A stretch of 54,769 nt of DNA. Origin: an uncultured Candidatus Saccharibacteria bacterium (GTDB lineage Bacteria > Patescibacteriota > Minisyncoccia > UBA6257 > 2-01-FULL-56-20). The notes beneath the pieces are model-generated. The model was given only the letters and a program-made list of their open reading frames with translations, was not told the DNA's origin and ran no database searches. Where the stretch lies: NCBI GenBank assembly GCA_964365185.1, contig CAYIOP010000005.1, positions 1 through 54,769 on the forward strand, in the 5' to 3' direction. Made by a program: the position numbers and the translations under genes. Shown here in pieces: positions 9,161 to 18,945 of the stretch (positions are counted from its first letter, which is position 1; every line of letters starts with the position of its first letter).

Positions 9161-9955
9161 ATGTCTAAAATAAATATTTATCGTTTAGTGGGCGTGGTCG
9201 CGGCTTTGGTAATTTTGGTTTTGATATTCGGGCTTCAGAAGTCGGATACAGAGCTTGATAAGATTTTAAGTCCGTATACGAATTCAAATGAGGAGCAAAT
9301 TCAAGGTAATCAAGATTCGCCACAAGATACAAAAAAGAGTATTCCGTCCGCTATTCCTAAAGTTCAAAGTCAATCAATTACTTTTCTTTCGCCAGTGGCA
9401 GGCACGCAGTGGGTGATTAACCAAAACAATATAATTAAATGGAATCGAGAGCCCGGAGTAACCGGAGGAATATATTTGGTTGATGCGATCACTGGTACTT
9501 TAGTGGGTTGGATAACGCCGACCATTACTTCTCATCAGAAAGAATATACTTGGGACACGCGGGATGTTTTACTTAATCGGCAAGGCGGATTAAAAAAATC
9601 AGTGGCAGTGGGTCGGTATATTTTGAAGATTAAGTTTGACCGGAACCAAGCCGATGCCCAAAGCGGTGAGTTTTCGATAGTATATGCTTCGCAGATAGAG
9701 CCGGTTATTTATAAAGCAACAATTAAAAACTTAATTTTTGCACCCAGTAGTTTAATTATTAATAAGGGCGAAAAAATAATTGTTCAAAACGACGACACCG
9801 TGAGCCATAAAATTATTGGGTATGGCATTGGCAGCTCGGTGACGCTTGCTCCTGGAGCTTCAATGACAGTTGAGACTAATGTTTTGGGCATCGGTGAATA
9901 CGAATATTATTCAGAAAGCTATGCTTCGGCTAAGTTAAAAGTGACGGTGAAATAG
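9161..9955 (+). CDS. Membrane-anchored protein with Ig-like and C-terminal cupredoxin-like domains
   Basis: TM anchor; FAPSSLIINKGEKIIVQNDD..H..GEYEYYS (Cu-ligand Cys apparently absent); start chosen 6 nt after TATAAT. Confidence 0.7.
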   Translation: MSKINIYRLVGVVAALVILVLIFGLQKSDTELDKILSPYTNSNEEQIQGNQDSPQDTKKSIPSAIPKVQSQSITFLSPVAGTQWVINQNNIIKWNREPGVTGGIYLVDAITGTLVGWITPTITSHQKEYTWDTRDVLLNRQGGLKKSVAVGRYILKIKFDRNQADAQSGEFSIVYASQIEPVIYKATIKNLIFAPSSLIINKGEKIIVQNDDTVSHKIIGYGIGSSVTLAPGASMTVETNVLGIGEYEYYSESYASAKLKVTVK

Positions 9956-10076
9956 AAAATAGAATTTAGAATAGAGGATTTAGGGTAAAAAAGAGGCAGA
10001 TCAAAAAATTGATGTTGTTTTTTTAAATTTGCATTTTTGGGAATTATCTTGTATAATATAGGTGAAAATTTAATAA

Positions 10077-10393
10077 GGGGACGATCGGCTTCGATAGAGA
10101 TAAATAGCTGAATTGCGAGTCGAGCGCCAACTCGTTAAACTAGCAAAAAAATTATAACTGCCAACTCTAATAAAGTTGCGGCTCCAGCTTTCGCTTACGC
10201 GTAAAGTTGGGATCGGTGAGTTTCGGGCTTCTTGAAATTCAAATCCGGTCTTATATAAGGAAGCTAGTTTTTAAATGATGATTCTGATTTAAAAACGAGA
10301 ACTAGAATCACTTTTGCCTCGCAAGAGGATACACTCGTAGATGGTTCAGTTTAAATATCTTTACACGGCAGTTCGATTCTGCCCGTCTCCACC
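10077..10393 (+). ncRNA. ssrA: tmRNA; tag peptide ANSNKVAAPAFAYA (10160-10204)
   Basis: 5' GGGGACGATCGGCTTCGA; 3' GGCAGTTCGATTCTGCCCGTCTCCACC; ATAACT-GCC resume context; Ala-rich tag; TATAAT upstream. Confidence 0.95.
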
Positions 10394-10394
10394 G

Positions 10395-10593
10395 AAATAA
10401 AACTACCTACCCTTGTGGTAGGTAGTTTTATTTTGTAGGGCAGAATCGAACTGGAAAGGGGTCGGGAAAACGGGAGTTTCCCCGTGTAGGAATCCGTCGG
10501 TTGACGGAACTAAAAACCGAGAGGTTTTTAGAAAATATTTTGCGAAAAGAAAAATATTTTGTTCGATAGCGAAGCGTCTGCCCGTCTCCACCA
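10395..10593. repeat. tmRNA-linked element with inverted and direct copies of the tmRNA 3' end (att-like)
   Basis: 17-bp hairpin 10395-10433; 10438-10453 is the reverse complement of 10369-10384; 10577-10592 repeats 10378-10393. Confidence 0.8.
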
Positions 10594-10597
10594 AAAA

Positions 10598-10954
10598 ATG
10601 AAGAAAATTAAAAAAACCATAGAGCGCCAGGCTATGGATTTCGTCATGGCTTTTGAAAGAAATAAGAAAAGGAATCCCAAAGATGTTTCAAAAACTAAAT
10701 GCGGCTATGACATTAGATCTAAAGGGAGAAAGATTGAAGTCAAAGGAGCTGCTCCATTAAATCAACCTTTTGTTAATTTTAATAAATATAATATCGCCGC
10801 TTTTAAAAAAGAAAATAATTTATGGCTATATATTGTTTGTGGTTTAAGAAATAAAAAACCAAAACTTATAATGCTTAATAAAAATAAAATTTTAAAAAGG
10901 AAAATAGTACATTCTCTTTGGAGAATTAATTTACATAGATCTGATTTAAAATAA
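10598..10954 (+). CDS. DUF3883/NOV_C-like PD-(D/E)xK nuclease-fold protein
   Basis: DVS..CGYDIRS..RKIEVKG..LWLYIV. Confidence 0.75.
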   Translation: MKKIKKTIERQAMDFVMAFERNKKRNPKDVSKTKCGYDIRSKGRKIEVKGAAPLNQPFVNFNKYNIAAFKKENNLWLYIVCGLRNKKPKLIMLNKNKILKRKIVHSLWRINLHRSDLK

Positions 10955-11053
10955 AGTAAATATTTTTGGAATCACTTCAATAGTGTAAGAGGCGTTCTTT
11001 CTACCTCCGATCGGTGGATGACCTTTTTGAAAACCTTTAACTCCTTTGGGCAT
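10946..11053 (-). pseudogene. Phage-like gene fragment MPKGVKGFQKGHPPIGGRK (35 codons)
   Basis: Manual translation; FxKGH..GGRK resembles N-termini of phage HNH/NUMOD or small terminase proteins. Confidence 0.35.
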
Positions 11054-11164
11054 GGTTAATATCAAAAACTACTGAACTATTGGTTTAATAACTTAATATC
11101 GCAAATTTGGAGAATCGTAAATTCCTTGAAAAACCAGATAAAAACGAGCATATTAGATGTGATA

Positions 11165-11482
11165 ATGAAAAAAGAAAATATTTTTGAATATAAAGGGCCA
11201 TCTTCGTTAAAAGAAATCGAGAAGAGATTACTTCAGATTGATGCAGAGAAGTCATCCCGTGTCCATAACGCAAAAGAAAATTATTCGGGGAGTTGGGGTG
11301 ATGAGATGGAAGTAAACGAAATTGCATATCTTGATGTGGAAAAAGATCAACTCCAACTCAAGCGTCAATTTATTTTAGATGGAAGGCACGACTGGAAAGC
11401 AAAACTCTTCTGGAATATTGTTGTACCAATCCTAGTTTCCGTAGCTACGGCAATTCTCGTATCTTTATTTTTAAGAAGATAA
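11165..11482 (+). CDS. Hypothetical protein with C-terminal TM helix
   Basis: Coiled segment then LFWNIVVPILVSVATAILVSLFL; 8 nt upstream of the next gene. Confidence 0.6.
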   Translation: MKKENIFEYKGPSSLKEIEKRLLQIDAEKSSRVHNAKENYSGSWGDEMEVNEIAYLDVEKDQLQLKRQFILDGRHDWKAKLFWNIVVPILVSVATAILVSLFLRR

Positions 11483-11490
11483 TCAACTTT

Positions 11491-13128
11491 ATGATTAAAC
11501 ATTCCGATGGCTCTATATACCTAGAACTGAATTCAAGAATTGGCGCAATTAATTTGGATGGTACGACCAGAACGTTTATCAGCGAAGACGACTTCAAAAA
11601 TGCCCTTAAGGGCTTTAGGCTGTTAGGGGCATTGACGGCACTAGGGTCTTTATCGAATAAGATATACGGCGGCGAAATACCGAATGGATGGGAGCGCTTA
11701 GGAAAGGGCTTAATAAGGCAGAAAGAAACAGGCCTTCTGATTAGCCAAAGCATGATTGAGTACCTCGAAAACCTCTTCATTATTTCGGGATCGAATGACT
11801 TCAAGACTCTTTCAATAACGGAGAAAGATAATCTTTTGGGGTTGTTTAATATTTATCAACACTCTCTAGTAATCGGGAGTATCCAAAGAAAAAATGTCAT
11901 ATCGATAATGGTCTCTCTCTGGCAAGAGCAATTAAGGACGCAGGCAAACGATTTGCAGTCTATCGGAAGAACTATCTATATGTTTCAGAAATTAGATCGG
12001 GAAATAATAAAGAACCAAACCTTAACCAAGATACTACACGACAATTCAGGTTTAACTATCGAGGAGTATTTAAATGCAGCATTGGTCTTATTAGCATGTG
12101 CCTTGGTCAATCCGATCATAATTATCGGCGATTTGAGTAGCGACAGTATAAATTTTCAAAAAATAATCAACAACTCAATACTCGAGCGATTTCTAATCTT
12201 ATTCAGCGCCACCTACGATGAATTTCGTTCCATCGATTCTACTCAAAATATAGCTCTAGCACCAAAAGATACAAGGAATAGGTTTAATCCTTTATGGAAA
12301 AAGCCGCTTATAAAATTTTCTGAATCTAAGTTTTTAGTGCCAAGCATTCCGACATACATACAGGCCGCATTCAACGGATTGTTTTGGTGGTTCGACGATC
12401 TCTTCATGAAAAAGCAGTTTGGTCATGAAATCTCGAAGACAACATTCAGAGAAATATTTGGTAAGGAGATATTTGAACAATATGTCGGCTTGATTCTTGG
12501 TGACATATTCGGAGATTCTCATTTAACCCCAGAAATCATATATGGAGGTAAAGGCAAGAAGGCTTTCACTGATTGGGTGGTAGTCGACGGCGATGATGCG
12601 TATTTAGTTGAGGTTAAAGCTTATCAATTTCCTTTCAAAACACTACAAACTGGCGACCTCGAAATGGTTGCACACGAAATAGCTAAAAAACTTACAATTG
12701 ATACGATCCAAAAGCTGGACAATAAAATACTAGATATCAATACTTCCGCTGAATTGAATTTTCTAAAAGGTAAAAATTTAATACCCGTTGTCATTACGTA
12801 TAATGTGCCGTTGATAGACACCAATCTTTATCGACACGGCATGAAAGATATATTGGATAATAAAACATATAAAATATTTAGCGAATTCAATGGTTATTTT
12901 TTAAATATTGCCGACCTGGAAAGTTTTAAATTGATATCAAAAGCAACAAAACTGAAAAACGTATTACTTCTCGCGAGAACAAATAATTCGAATTTCTATG
13001 CTGAAATCACGAAAATCTTAAAATCTGGTGAAGGTCCTTGGCCACAGAGTTTGCCGGAAAGACAATATCACGAAAGGATGGATTATATAACCACAATGCT
13101 GGGTTCTGATAAATTGGAAAAATTATAA
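11491..13128 (+). CDS. Large hypothetical protein with C-terminal PD-(D/E)xK (NERD-like) nuclease motif
   Basis: FNPLWKKPLI, FEQYV, FTDWVVVDGDDAYLVEVK; codon style unlike flanking genes. Confidence 0.7.
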   Translation: MIKHSDGSIYLELNSRIGAINLDGTTRTFISEDDFKNALKGFRLLGALTALGSLSNKIYGGEIPNGWERLGKGLIRQKETGLLISQSMIEYLENLFIISGSNDFKTLSITEKDNLLGLFNIYQHSLVIGSIQRKNVISIMVSLWQEQLRTQANDLQSIGRTIYMFQKLDREIIKNQTLTKILHDNSGLTIEEYLNAALVLLACALVNPIIIIGDLSSDSINFQKIINNSILERFLILFSATYDEFRSIDSTQNIALAPKDTRNRFNPLWKKPLIKFSESKFLVPSIPTYIQAAFNGLFWWFDDLFMKKQFGHEISKTTFREIFGKEIFEQYVGLILGDIFGDSHLTPEIIYGGKGKKAFTDWVVVDGDDAYLVEVKAYQFPFKTLQTGDLEMVAHEIAKKLTIDTIQKLDNKILDINTSAELNFLKGKNLIPVVITYNVPLIDTNLYRHGMKDILDNKTYKIFSEFNGYFLNIADLESFKLISKATKLKNVLLLARTNNSNFYAEITKILKSGEGPWPQSLPERQYHERMDYITTMLGSDKLEKL

Positions 13129-13276
13129 AATTACCTTAAACCAAATCCGACCTCATGTATGCCGGAGCACTAAAAACCTCGTAGATTATACGTATCAGAG
13201 TTTGCCAGTTATCCCGACTCGTTCCGCAATAAATTTATAAAATCGCATTTTTGGAGATTCCTGATAAACTTAATAA

Positions 13277-13861
13277 ATGGTGGCGGAAATTGCTGGATAT
13301 TTGTCGGGGCTGGCGATTTTGGCGTCTTTTGTGCCTTATATAAAAGACATTTTTTTAGGCAAGACAAAACCCGAGAGAATTTCTTGGTTGATTTGGACAA
13401 TACTCGGCGCGATTTCATTTTTCTCGCAGTTGGCTAAAGGGGCTTCGGATTCTTTAATTTTAACCGGCGCTCAAGCAGTGGGCGATTTTATTATTTTTAT
13501 CTTAGCGATTAAACACGGGATTGGAGGATTTTTAAAAAGAGATATTATCGCTTTAATTGGGGCGGGCGTAGGACTTTTTTTGTGGTACATAACTCAAGAA
13601 GCGGCAGTGGCGCTGTTCGTGGTGATTTTTATTGACGCGGTGGGCGCGGTTTTAACCGTGATTAAGTCCTACGAGAAACCGGCGACTGAAACTGTCAGTT
13701 CCTGGGTTTTAACTTTTGCCGGCGGTTTTTTTGCTTGTATAGCGGTGGGGAGTTTTAATTTTGTTTTGCTCTCATTTCCGGTTTATATTTGCTTAGCCAG
13801 CTTGGCGATTTTAGTTGCCATCAAAATGGGATTTAGGAGGGAGGTATTATTGCAGAAATAG
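13277..13861 (+). CDS. PQ-loop-like polytopic membrane protein
   Basis: About 7 TM; internal repeat PY..KPERISW / YEKPATETVSSW. Confidence 0.75.
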   Translation: MVAEIAGYLSGLAILASFVPYIKDIFLGKTKPERISWLIWTILGAISFFSQLAKGASDSLILTGAQAVGDFIIFILAIKHGIGGFLKRDIIALIGAGVGLFLWYITQEAAVALFVVIFIDAVGAVLTVIKSYEKPATETVSSWVLTFAGGFFACIAVGSFNFVLLSFPVYICLASLAILVAIKMGFRREVLLQK

Positions 13862-13865
13862 AATT

Positions 13866-14285
13866 TTACAAGTCGACAATATATTTTCTGATTGTGTTTT
13901 GAATATTAAATAAGGTTTTTTCATGAGATGAAGGTTTGCTCGCGGCTATGCCTTTGGCAAATTTATATAGGTTTGCGTTTTCTATTTTTAACCACTTGTT
14001 GTTTTTGTGAAGAAAATAAAGAAGTGCCATTATCGCGATTCGTTTGTTGCCGTTTTGGAAAGGGTGGTTTTTTATCATAAGGTAGAAAAGTATGCTGGAT
14101 TTTTGGATGAGACCGCGATAAAGGTCTTTTTTAAAACGAACAAAAGGTTGGTCAATGCAGCTTTCTAAAACTTTCGGAAAACGAGTGCCAAAATCTGGGA
14201 TGGGTTCATCCCAAGTCATAAATTTTTTCGCTAGAGTGAAAGCGGTGTATTCAATCTCCGCGACTGTTATGCGTTTTGGCCTCAT
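13866..14285 (-). CDS. Fic/Doc-family toxin
   Basis: HPFQNGNKRIA motif. Confidence 0.9.
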   Translation of the reverse strand: MRPKRITVAEIEYTAFTLAKKFMTWDEPIPDFGTRFPKVLESCIDQPFVRFKKDLYRGLIQKSSILFYLMIKNHPFQNGNKRIAIMALLYFLHKNNKWLKIENANLYKFAKGIAASKPSSHEKTLFNIQNTIRKYIVDL

Positions 14286-14536
14286 TCTCTCCCGAGTTTT
14301 CTAAAAGTTTCTCCATAATCCCTAAGAGCTCGGTCTATAACTTTTTCAATATCTTGCTTTTTTTCAGCGCCGATTGATTTTCCCAGCGCTTCCGCGAGCG
14401 CGTTATGGGAAATAATATAATTTCGACCAACTTTTTCGGCCTTAATCTTGCCTAATTTTATTTTTCTGAAGACCTCAATGCGGCTTATTCTTAAAGCGTG
14501 GGCTGCTTCAATAGTTGAGTAGAATGTTTTGGGCAT
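14282..14536 (-). CDS. HTH (excisionase-like) antitoxin cognate to Doc
   Basis: YSTIEAAHALRISR..KVGRNYII; C-terminal RALRDYGETFRKL; 4-nt overlap with the toxin. Confidence 0.8.
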   Translation of the reverse strand: MPKTFYSTIEAAHALRISRIEVFRKIKLGKIKAEKVGRNYIISHNALAEALGKSIGAEKKQDIEKVIDRALRDYGETFRKLGRE

Positions 14537-14538
14537 AT

Positions 14539-14566
14539 TTATATAGTAACATATGTTACTATATAA
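14539..14566. promoter_or_regulatory. 28-bp perfect palindrome, likely TA autoregulatory operator
   Basis: TTATATAGTAACATATGTTACTATATAA, 2 nt upstream of the antitoxin ATG. Confidence 0.75.
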
Positions 14567-14621
14567 GCAAGTTTAATGTTTGCGTGGTTTTATGGTTTTG
14601 GACTAGTGTATAATATTTTGT

Positions 14622-16412
14622 ATGGTTGCAAATTCCGAAAGCCGAATATGCCAGAATTGTAAAGGTTCTTTCGTTATAGACGTTCAAGATTTTGGGTTTT
14701 ATGAAAAAATAAAAGTTCCTCCGCCGACTTTTTGTCCGGAGTGCCGGTTTTATCGGCGATTAGCTTGGCGGAATGATTGGCATGTTTTTAAGAAAAAAGA
14801 CGCCTTAACCGGAAAGGAAATATTTTCTTTGTTTCCAGAGGAGAGCCCAGTGAAGATTTTCGAAAAAGAATATTGGCTTTCGGATGCTTGGGATTCGATG
14901 GATTATGGCCGGGATTATGATTTTTCCAAGACATTTTTTGAACAATTTCGAGATTTGCACCAAACAGTTCCGATTGCGGCACATTCAATCCATAATTTAA
15001 CTAATTGTCAGTACTGCGCGAATGCTAACAATATGAAGAATTGTTATTTTGTTCGGGCGGCGACTTTTACCGAGGATTCGGCATATTTGGTTTGGGACCA
15101 CGCTTCACGTTTTTCATTTGATAGCCACATGACCATTCGTTGCGAGTTGAGTTATGGGAATTTAAACACCATAAATTGCTATAAAACTTTTTTCTCGGTG
15201 GATTTGGAGGATTGCCAAGAAATGATTCTTTGCGCGGATTGCGTTGGCTCGAATAATTGTTTTGGGTCATTCGGACTTAGAAATAAGTCGTATCATATTT
15301 TCAATGAACCATATTCAAAGGAAGAATATTTTAAGAAAATTAAAGAGCTTAACTTTGGGTCTTATGAGTCGTTGGTGGCGCTCCAAAAAAAGGCCTTTGA
15401 GCATTGGCAGAGGTATCCGCATAAGTATATGCACGGCCGGCGGAATTCTTCGGTAAGCGGGGACTATATCTACAATTCCAAAAACGCCAAGGATTGTTTC
15501 CGGACCAGGGAAGTTGAAGATGTGAAATGGTGCCAGAATATTTTGCAGGGCGCTGTGAATAATTGTTATGACTACACGAATTGGGGGCAAAACGCGGAGC
15601 TGATGTATGAAACCTTGGTTGCGGGCGACAATGTCTCGATGATTAAATTTTGCTCGCAGGTTTGGCCAAATGTTAAAAGCTTAGAGTACTGCATCTTTTG
15701 CCAGAATTCTTCGGACCTTTTTGGCTGCGTGAGTTTAAGGAACAAACAGTATTGTATTTTTAACAAGCAGTATTCCAAAGAGGATTATTTTAAATTGCGG
15801 GAAAAAATTATTAAGCAGATGAATGAGATGCCATATATTTCGGCGGGAGGGCAGGAGTATCGCTACGGAGAATTTTTTCCGGCAGAATTCTCTCCTTTTC
15901 CTTATCAAGTTTCGGCGGCTTATGAATTTATCCCGCTGTCGGAGGAAGAGGCGAAAGAGAAAGGGTATGCCGCGTATTCAGTAGAAAAACCGGATTATAA
16001 AACAACAATTAAGGCGGATGATTTACTGGATCAGATTCAAGATGTTAAAAATGACATTTTAAACGAAGTGATTGAATGCGCCCACGCGAGCCGAGGGTGT
16101 TTACATGAATGCACCCGGGCCTTCCGGATTGTTGACCGGGAGCTGGATTTTTGTAAGAGAATGGAAATACCTCTGCCGCGTTTATGCGTGAATTGCCGGT
16201 ATTTTGAACGGCTAATATTTCGTAACCCACCGATACTTTATCGCCGTGAATGTGATTGTTCGGGTAAAAAATCAAAAAATAATATTTATCAAAATACCGC
16301 GGGGCATTTTCATGGCGAGGGGCGGTGTCTGAATGAATTTGAAACGTCTTATTCTCCGGAGCGACCGGAGATTGTGTACTGCGAGCAGTGCTACCAAACA
16401 GAAGTGGCGTAG
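14622..16412 (+). CDS. CPR-type cysteine-rich zinc-ribbon/repeat protein
   Basis: CQNCK, PPPTFCPECR, many C-x-N/C repeats, PRLCVNCR, VYCEQCYQ. Confidence 0.85.
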   Translation: MVANSESRICQNCKGSFVIDVQDFGFYEKIKVPPPTFCPECRFYRRLAWRNDWHVFKKKDALTGKEIFSLFPEESPVKIFEKEYWLSDAWDSMDYGRDYDFSKTFFEQFRDLHQTVPIAAHSIHNLTNCQYCANANNMKNCYFVRAATFTEDSAYLVWDHASRFSFDSHMTIRCELSYGNLNTINCYKTFFSVDLEDCQEMILCADCVGSNNCFGSFGLRNKSYHIFNEPYSKEEYFKKIKELNFGSYESLVALQKKAFEHWQRYPHKYMHGRRNSSVSGDYIYNSKNAKDCFRTREVEDVKWCQNILQGAVNNCYDYTNWGQNAELMYETLVAGDNVSMIKFCSQVWPNVKSLEYCIFCQNSSDLFGCVSLRNKQYCIFNKQYSKEDYFKLREKIIKQMNEMPYISAGGQEYRYGEFFPAEFSPFPYQVSAAYEFIPLSEEEAKEKGYAAYSVEKPDYKTTIKADDLLDQIQDVKNDILNEVIECAHASRGCLHECTRAFRIVDRELDFCKRMEIPLPRLCVNCRYFERLIFRNPPILYRRECDCSGKKSKNNIYQNTAGHFHGEGRCLNEFETSYSPERPEIVYCEQCYQTEVA

Positions 16413-16518
16413 CGTTGTTATGACGTGTCATAGCAACGGAGATTTTAGACATGTGGCAGGGATTGGAATTTTTTCGAGAATTAGAAAAGGGGCGAGCTAA
16501 AATTTTAGCAGGCCCCTT

Positions 16519-17133
16519 TTAGTTTTTTGCTCGTAAGTTAGCTCGGATAATAAGAATCAGCAGAACCGAGACCAGAATAACCGCTCGCCATGAGTAGATT
16601 TTGGCTGTGAGCTCTCCGCTTTCGATGGCTAGATAGAGTCCAAGGACTGAAGCAGCTAGAATTGCTATCCAGACCCAGAGTGATTCTGGATTACCTTTGG
16701 CTCGCCAGAGATTTTTGAGAGTTGGGAAATAGCCGATAGTAAGAATAATCTGAACTACTAGATTGGTCGCAAGGTGTTTTTGGGTTATAGCCCAAATTAT
16801 CAAAACAACTAGCGTGGCAATAATGCAACTTAGGTCAAAACCATTGAATTTGTTTTTCCAGCCATTCTTTTTATTGACCACAAGAATAGTAATTAGAACT
16901 GCCCAGGTGGTGGGTACGTCAGCAACATTGGCGGCATTACCGATCAAAGTTTTTAGGATGGCGGTATGCGCAGAGAAGAGATTGGTGATAAAAGCGATAT
17001 TAGTGGCCAAGACAAAAAGAATCCAAGTAGCGAGAGTCGGTTGTTTTTTTCCTTTGAAAGTTAGGATGCAGTAGTGAAAAATCGCGAGCCCCATCAGAAG
17101 GGCTACGGCAATCGCGCTTATTTCGTGGATCAC
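16519..17133 (-). CDS. PQ-loop-like membrane protein, distant paralog of 13277-13861
   Basis: QPTLATW / GYFPTL..PESLWVW; GTG start with AGGAGG SD. Confidence 0.75.
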   Translation of the reverse strand: MIHEISAIAVALLMGLAIFHYCILTFKGKKQPTLATWILFVLATNIAFITNLFSAHTAILKTLIGNAANVADVPTTWAVLITILVVNKKNGWKNKFNGFDLSCIIATLVVLIIWAITQKHLATNLVVQIILTIGYFPTLKNLWRAKGNPESLWVWIAILAASVLGLYLAIESGELTAKIYSWRAVILVSVLLILIIRANLRAKN

Positions 17134-17236
17134 CTAGACCTCCTTTCGGGTTTGAATGACGAAAAACTAATTAACTTATATAGATTTTATTTTGGTTTGT
17201 CAAAAAAATATCCGTCGATGGTGAATCTCTTTTAAT

Positions 17237-17270
17237 AACACCCCAACATACTTGAGAATGTTGGGGTGTT
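17237..17270. repeat. REP-like palindrome
   Basis: AACACCCCAACAT-ACTTGAGA-ATGTTGGGGTGTT. Confidence 0.55.
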
Positions 17271-17494
17271 GGGAATATTTTTTATGATTGAAATTTGGCC
17301 ATAAGTGAAAAATCGCATTCACAAGGAGCTTGGTGGCAGATGTGGCAATTGTTTTAATTTTTGCGGGGGTATGGTTAATTAGTTCAGGGGTCAAATAAAA
17401 AGCCCCTTAGAATTTTGATTTCGGGGCTTTAGTTTGGGTGGTTGGATGAACCTAGGGGGGGTGATACGGGTTTTGTGTCGTGTTGCCGAGTGTA

Positions 17495-18841
17495 TTATCT
17501 GCTCAGCCAAGCAAACTTTGTATCGCCAAGGGTAATAAATGATTGAGGTCGGAGAAAGGATAAGGTCTTTGCGGCGAGATGCTGGATATCTTTTATGATA
17601 ATGGTTCGAGCTTGATTTGGAGGCAAGGGATTAGTAACGCAACCAGTATATTCAATCTCTATTTGGGTTAAGGGACTTCTGTTTTTTGCGTGGCAGCGAT
17701 CAATTGAGACGTGGTAGATTCTACCATTGGGATTGGATAGCCAGATAGCTTTGCGCGACCGGAAAAGATATCCAATATGTTTGAGTGGATCTAAGAATAT
17801 TCCTTGTCGATGGATTAGACCGGTAAGGCCTTGGTCATCATACATAAATCCTTTCAATTTTTTTTCTCGCCGTTCGATAATCCCTAAGGATGGGTCGATG
17901 ACTTTATATCCATCTTTAAAGACCAAGTCGAATGACCTTACGTGAAAAAGTGCTTTTGCCTGTTCCTTGGTTTCTGTGGATTTTTCTTTATTCCAGTAGT
18001 GATTAACACTGCCAGAGGTAAGGACGAAAGGAAACGAATTGTCGAAAACAAACGGAGCAAACTCTTCTCGGATTAAATTAGAGAAGAGTTGGTTAGAATC
18101 GCCGGCGACAGATATCTTAGCTTCAATCTCAGAGTCCGGAATTTCTTTTTGCATCCTCAGGCAAGCAAATCGCTTGTCGTGCCACTCGCGGATCATGTTT
18201 AGAGCCTGCTGTTTTTTTGTGATAATCGGTAGCGCACCCAGATTTGCGAGCTCGATGAGAAAATTGTTAGCTTCTGATTCTGATGAAGAATTGAATTTTG
18301 CTTCAATTCTTAGAACATTATGTTCTTTTGGGGTTTCAAGGCGGTTGGCTTCAGTTGACTCTTTTGGGAAGAACCAGAAATTTATCGCCGAATCAATAGT
18401 GATCCGGAGATTATCTCCTTTTATCCAATGCTTTCTTTCATATCCGATGGCTAAATATGGCCGAAGGGGAAGGAAAGTTTGATTTAGAGAATTAGCGATT
18501 TCAACCGCTTCCTTAAGTGTAGTTTCTTGTCGAGGCGTTTTGATGCGCTCAAGATGTCCATTTTGGTTTTGATACCGCTTGATTTCGAAGAAGAATTTTT
18601 CGCTAAGAATGTTTTTTAGAGTGATAGGGTCGAAGCGGGTGGGTAGGTAGCGACGAGCCCTAAAGCTGGTATCAATAGACAAAGTTTGTTCATCGTCCAT
18701 TAGATAGATAGTTTGGACGTGTGAGTTTGGAAATTGTTGAAGAGCGAAGCCGTGCCTTTTCAGAATGGCGATTAGTGACTCTAGGCAGTTTATTGGAATA
18801 AATAAACTCTCTTCCTGTCTTTCAAGGTCTATGCTGGGCAT
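17495..18841 (-). CDS. Tandem CYTH/VTC-like triphosphate tunnel metalloenzyme
   Basis: Domain 1: IYL, RARRY, FEIK, YERKHW, LRITID, IEAK. Domain 2: EIEAK, RSRK, SIDRC, QIEIEY. Confidence 0.75.
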   Translation of the reverse strand: MPSIDLERQEESLFIPINCLESLIAILKRHGFALQQFPNSHVQTIYLMDDEQTLSIDTSFRARRYLPTRFDPITLKNILSEKFFFEIKRYQNQNGHLERIKTPRQETTLKEAVEIANSLNQTFLPLRPYLAIGYERKHWIKGDNLRITIDSAINFWFFPKESTEANRLETPKEHNVLRIEAKFNSSSESEANNFLIELANLGALPIITKKQQALNMIREWHDKRFACLRMQKEIPDSEIEAKISVAGDSNQLFSNLIREEFAPFVFDNSFPFVLTSGSVNHYWNKEKSTETKEQAKALFHVRSFDLVFKDGYKVIDPSLGIIERREKKLKGFMYDDQGLTGLIHRQGIFLDPLKHIGYLFRSRKAIWLSNPNGRIYHVSIDRCHAKNRSPLTQIEIEYTGCVTNPLPPNQARTIIIKDIQHLAAKTLSFLRPQSFITLGDTKFAWLSR

Positions 18842-18945
18842 AAATATTTCCTTTCTTATTTCAAGTTTCTGTTGTCTTTATATACTCAACTCAAAAATGA
18901 GTCAACTTCTAATTTATTGTATAGATAAGTATGATATTAGATATG

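Noticed and set aside
10403-10597. ORF 10403-10594 (-) and the TTG-start extension from 10559
   Set aside because: They overlap the tmRNA-linked repeat and have no protein features
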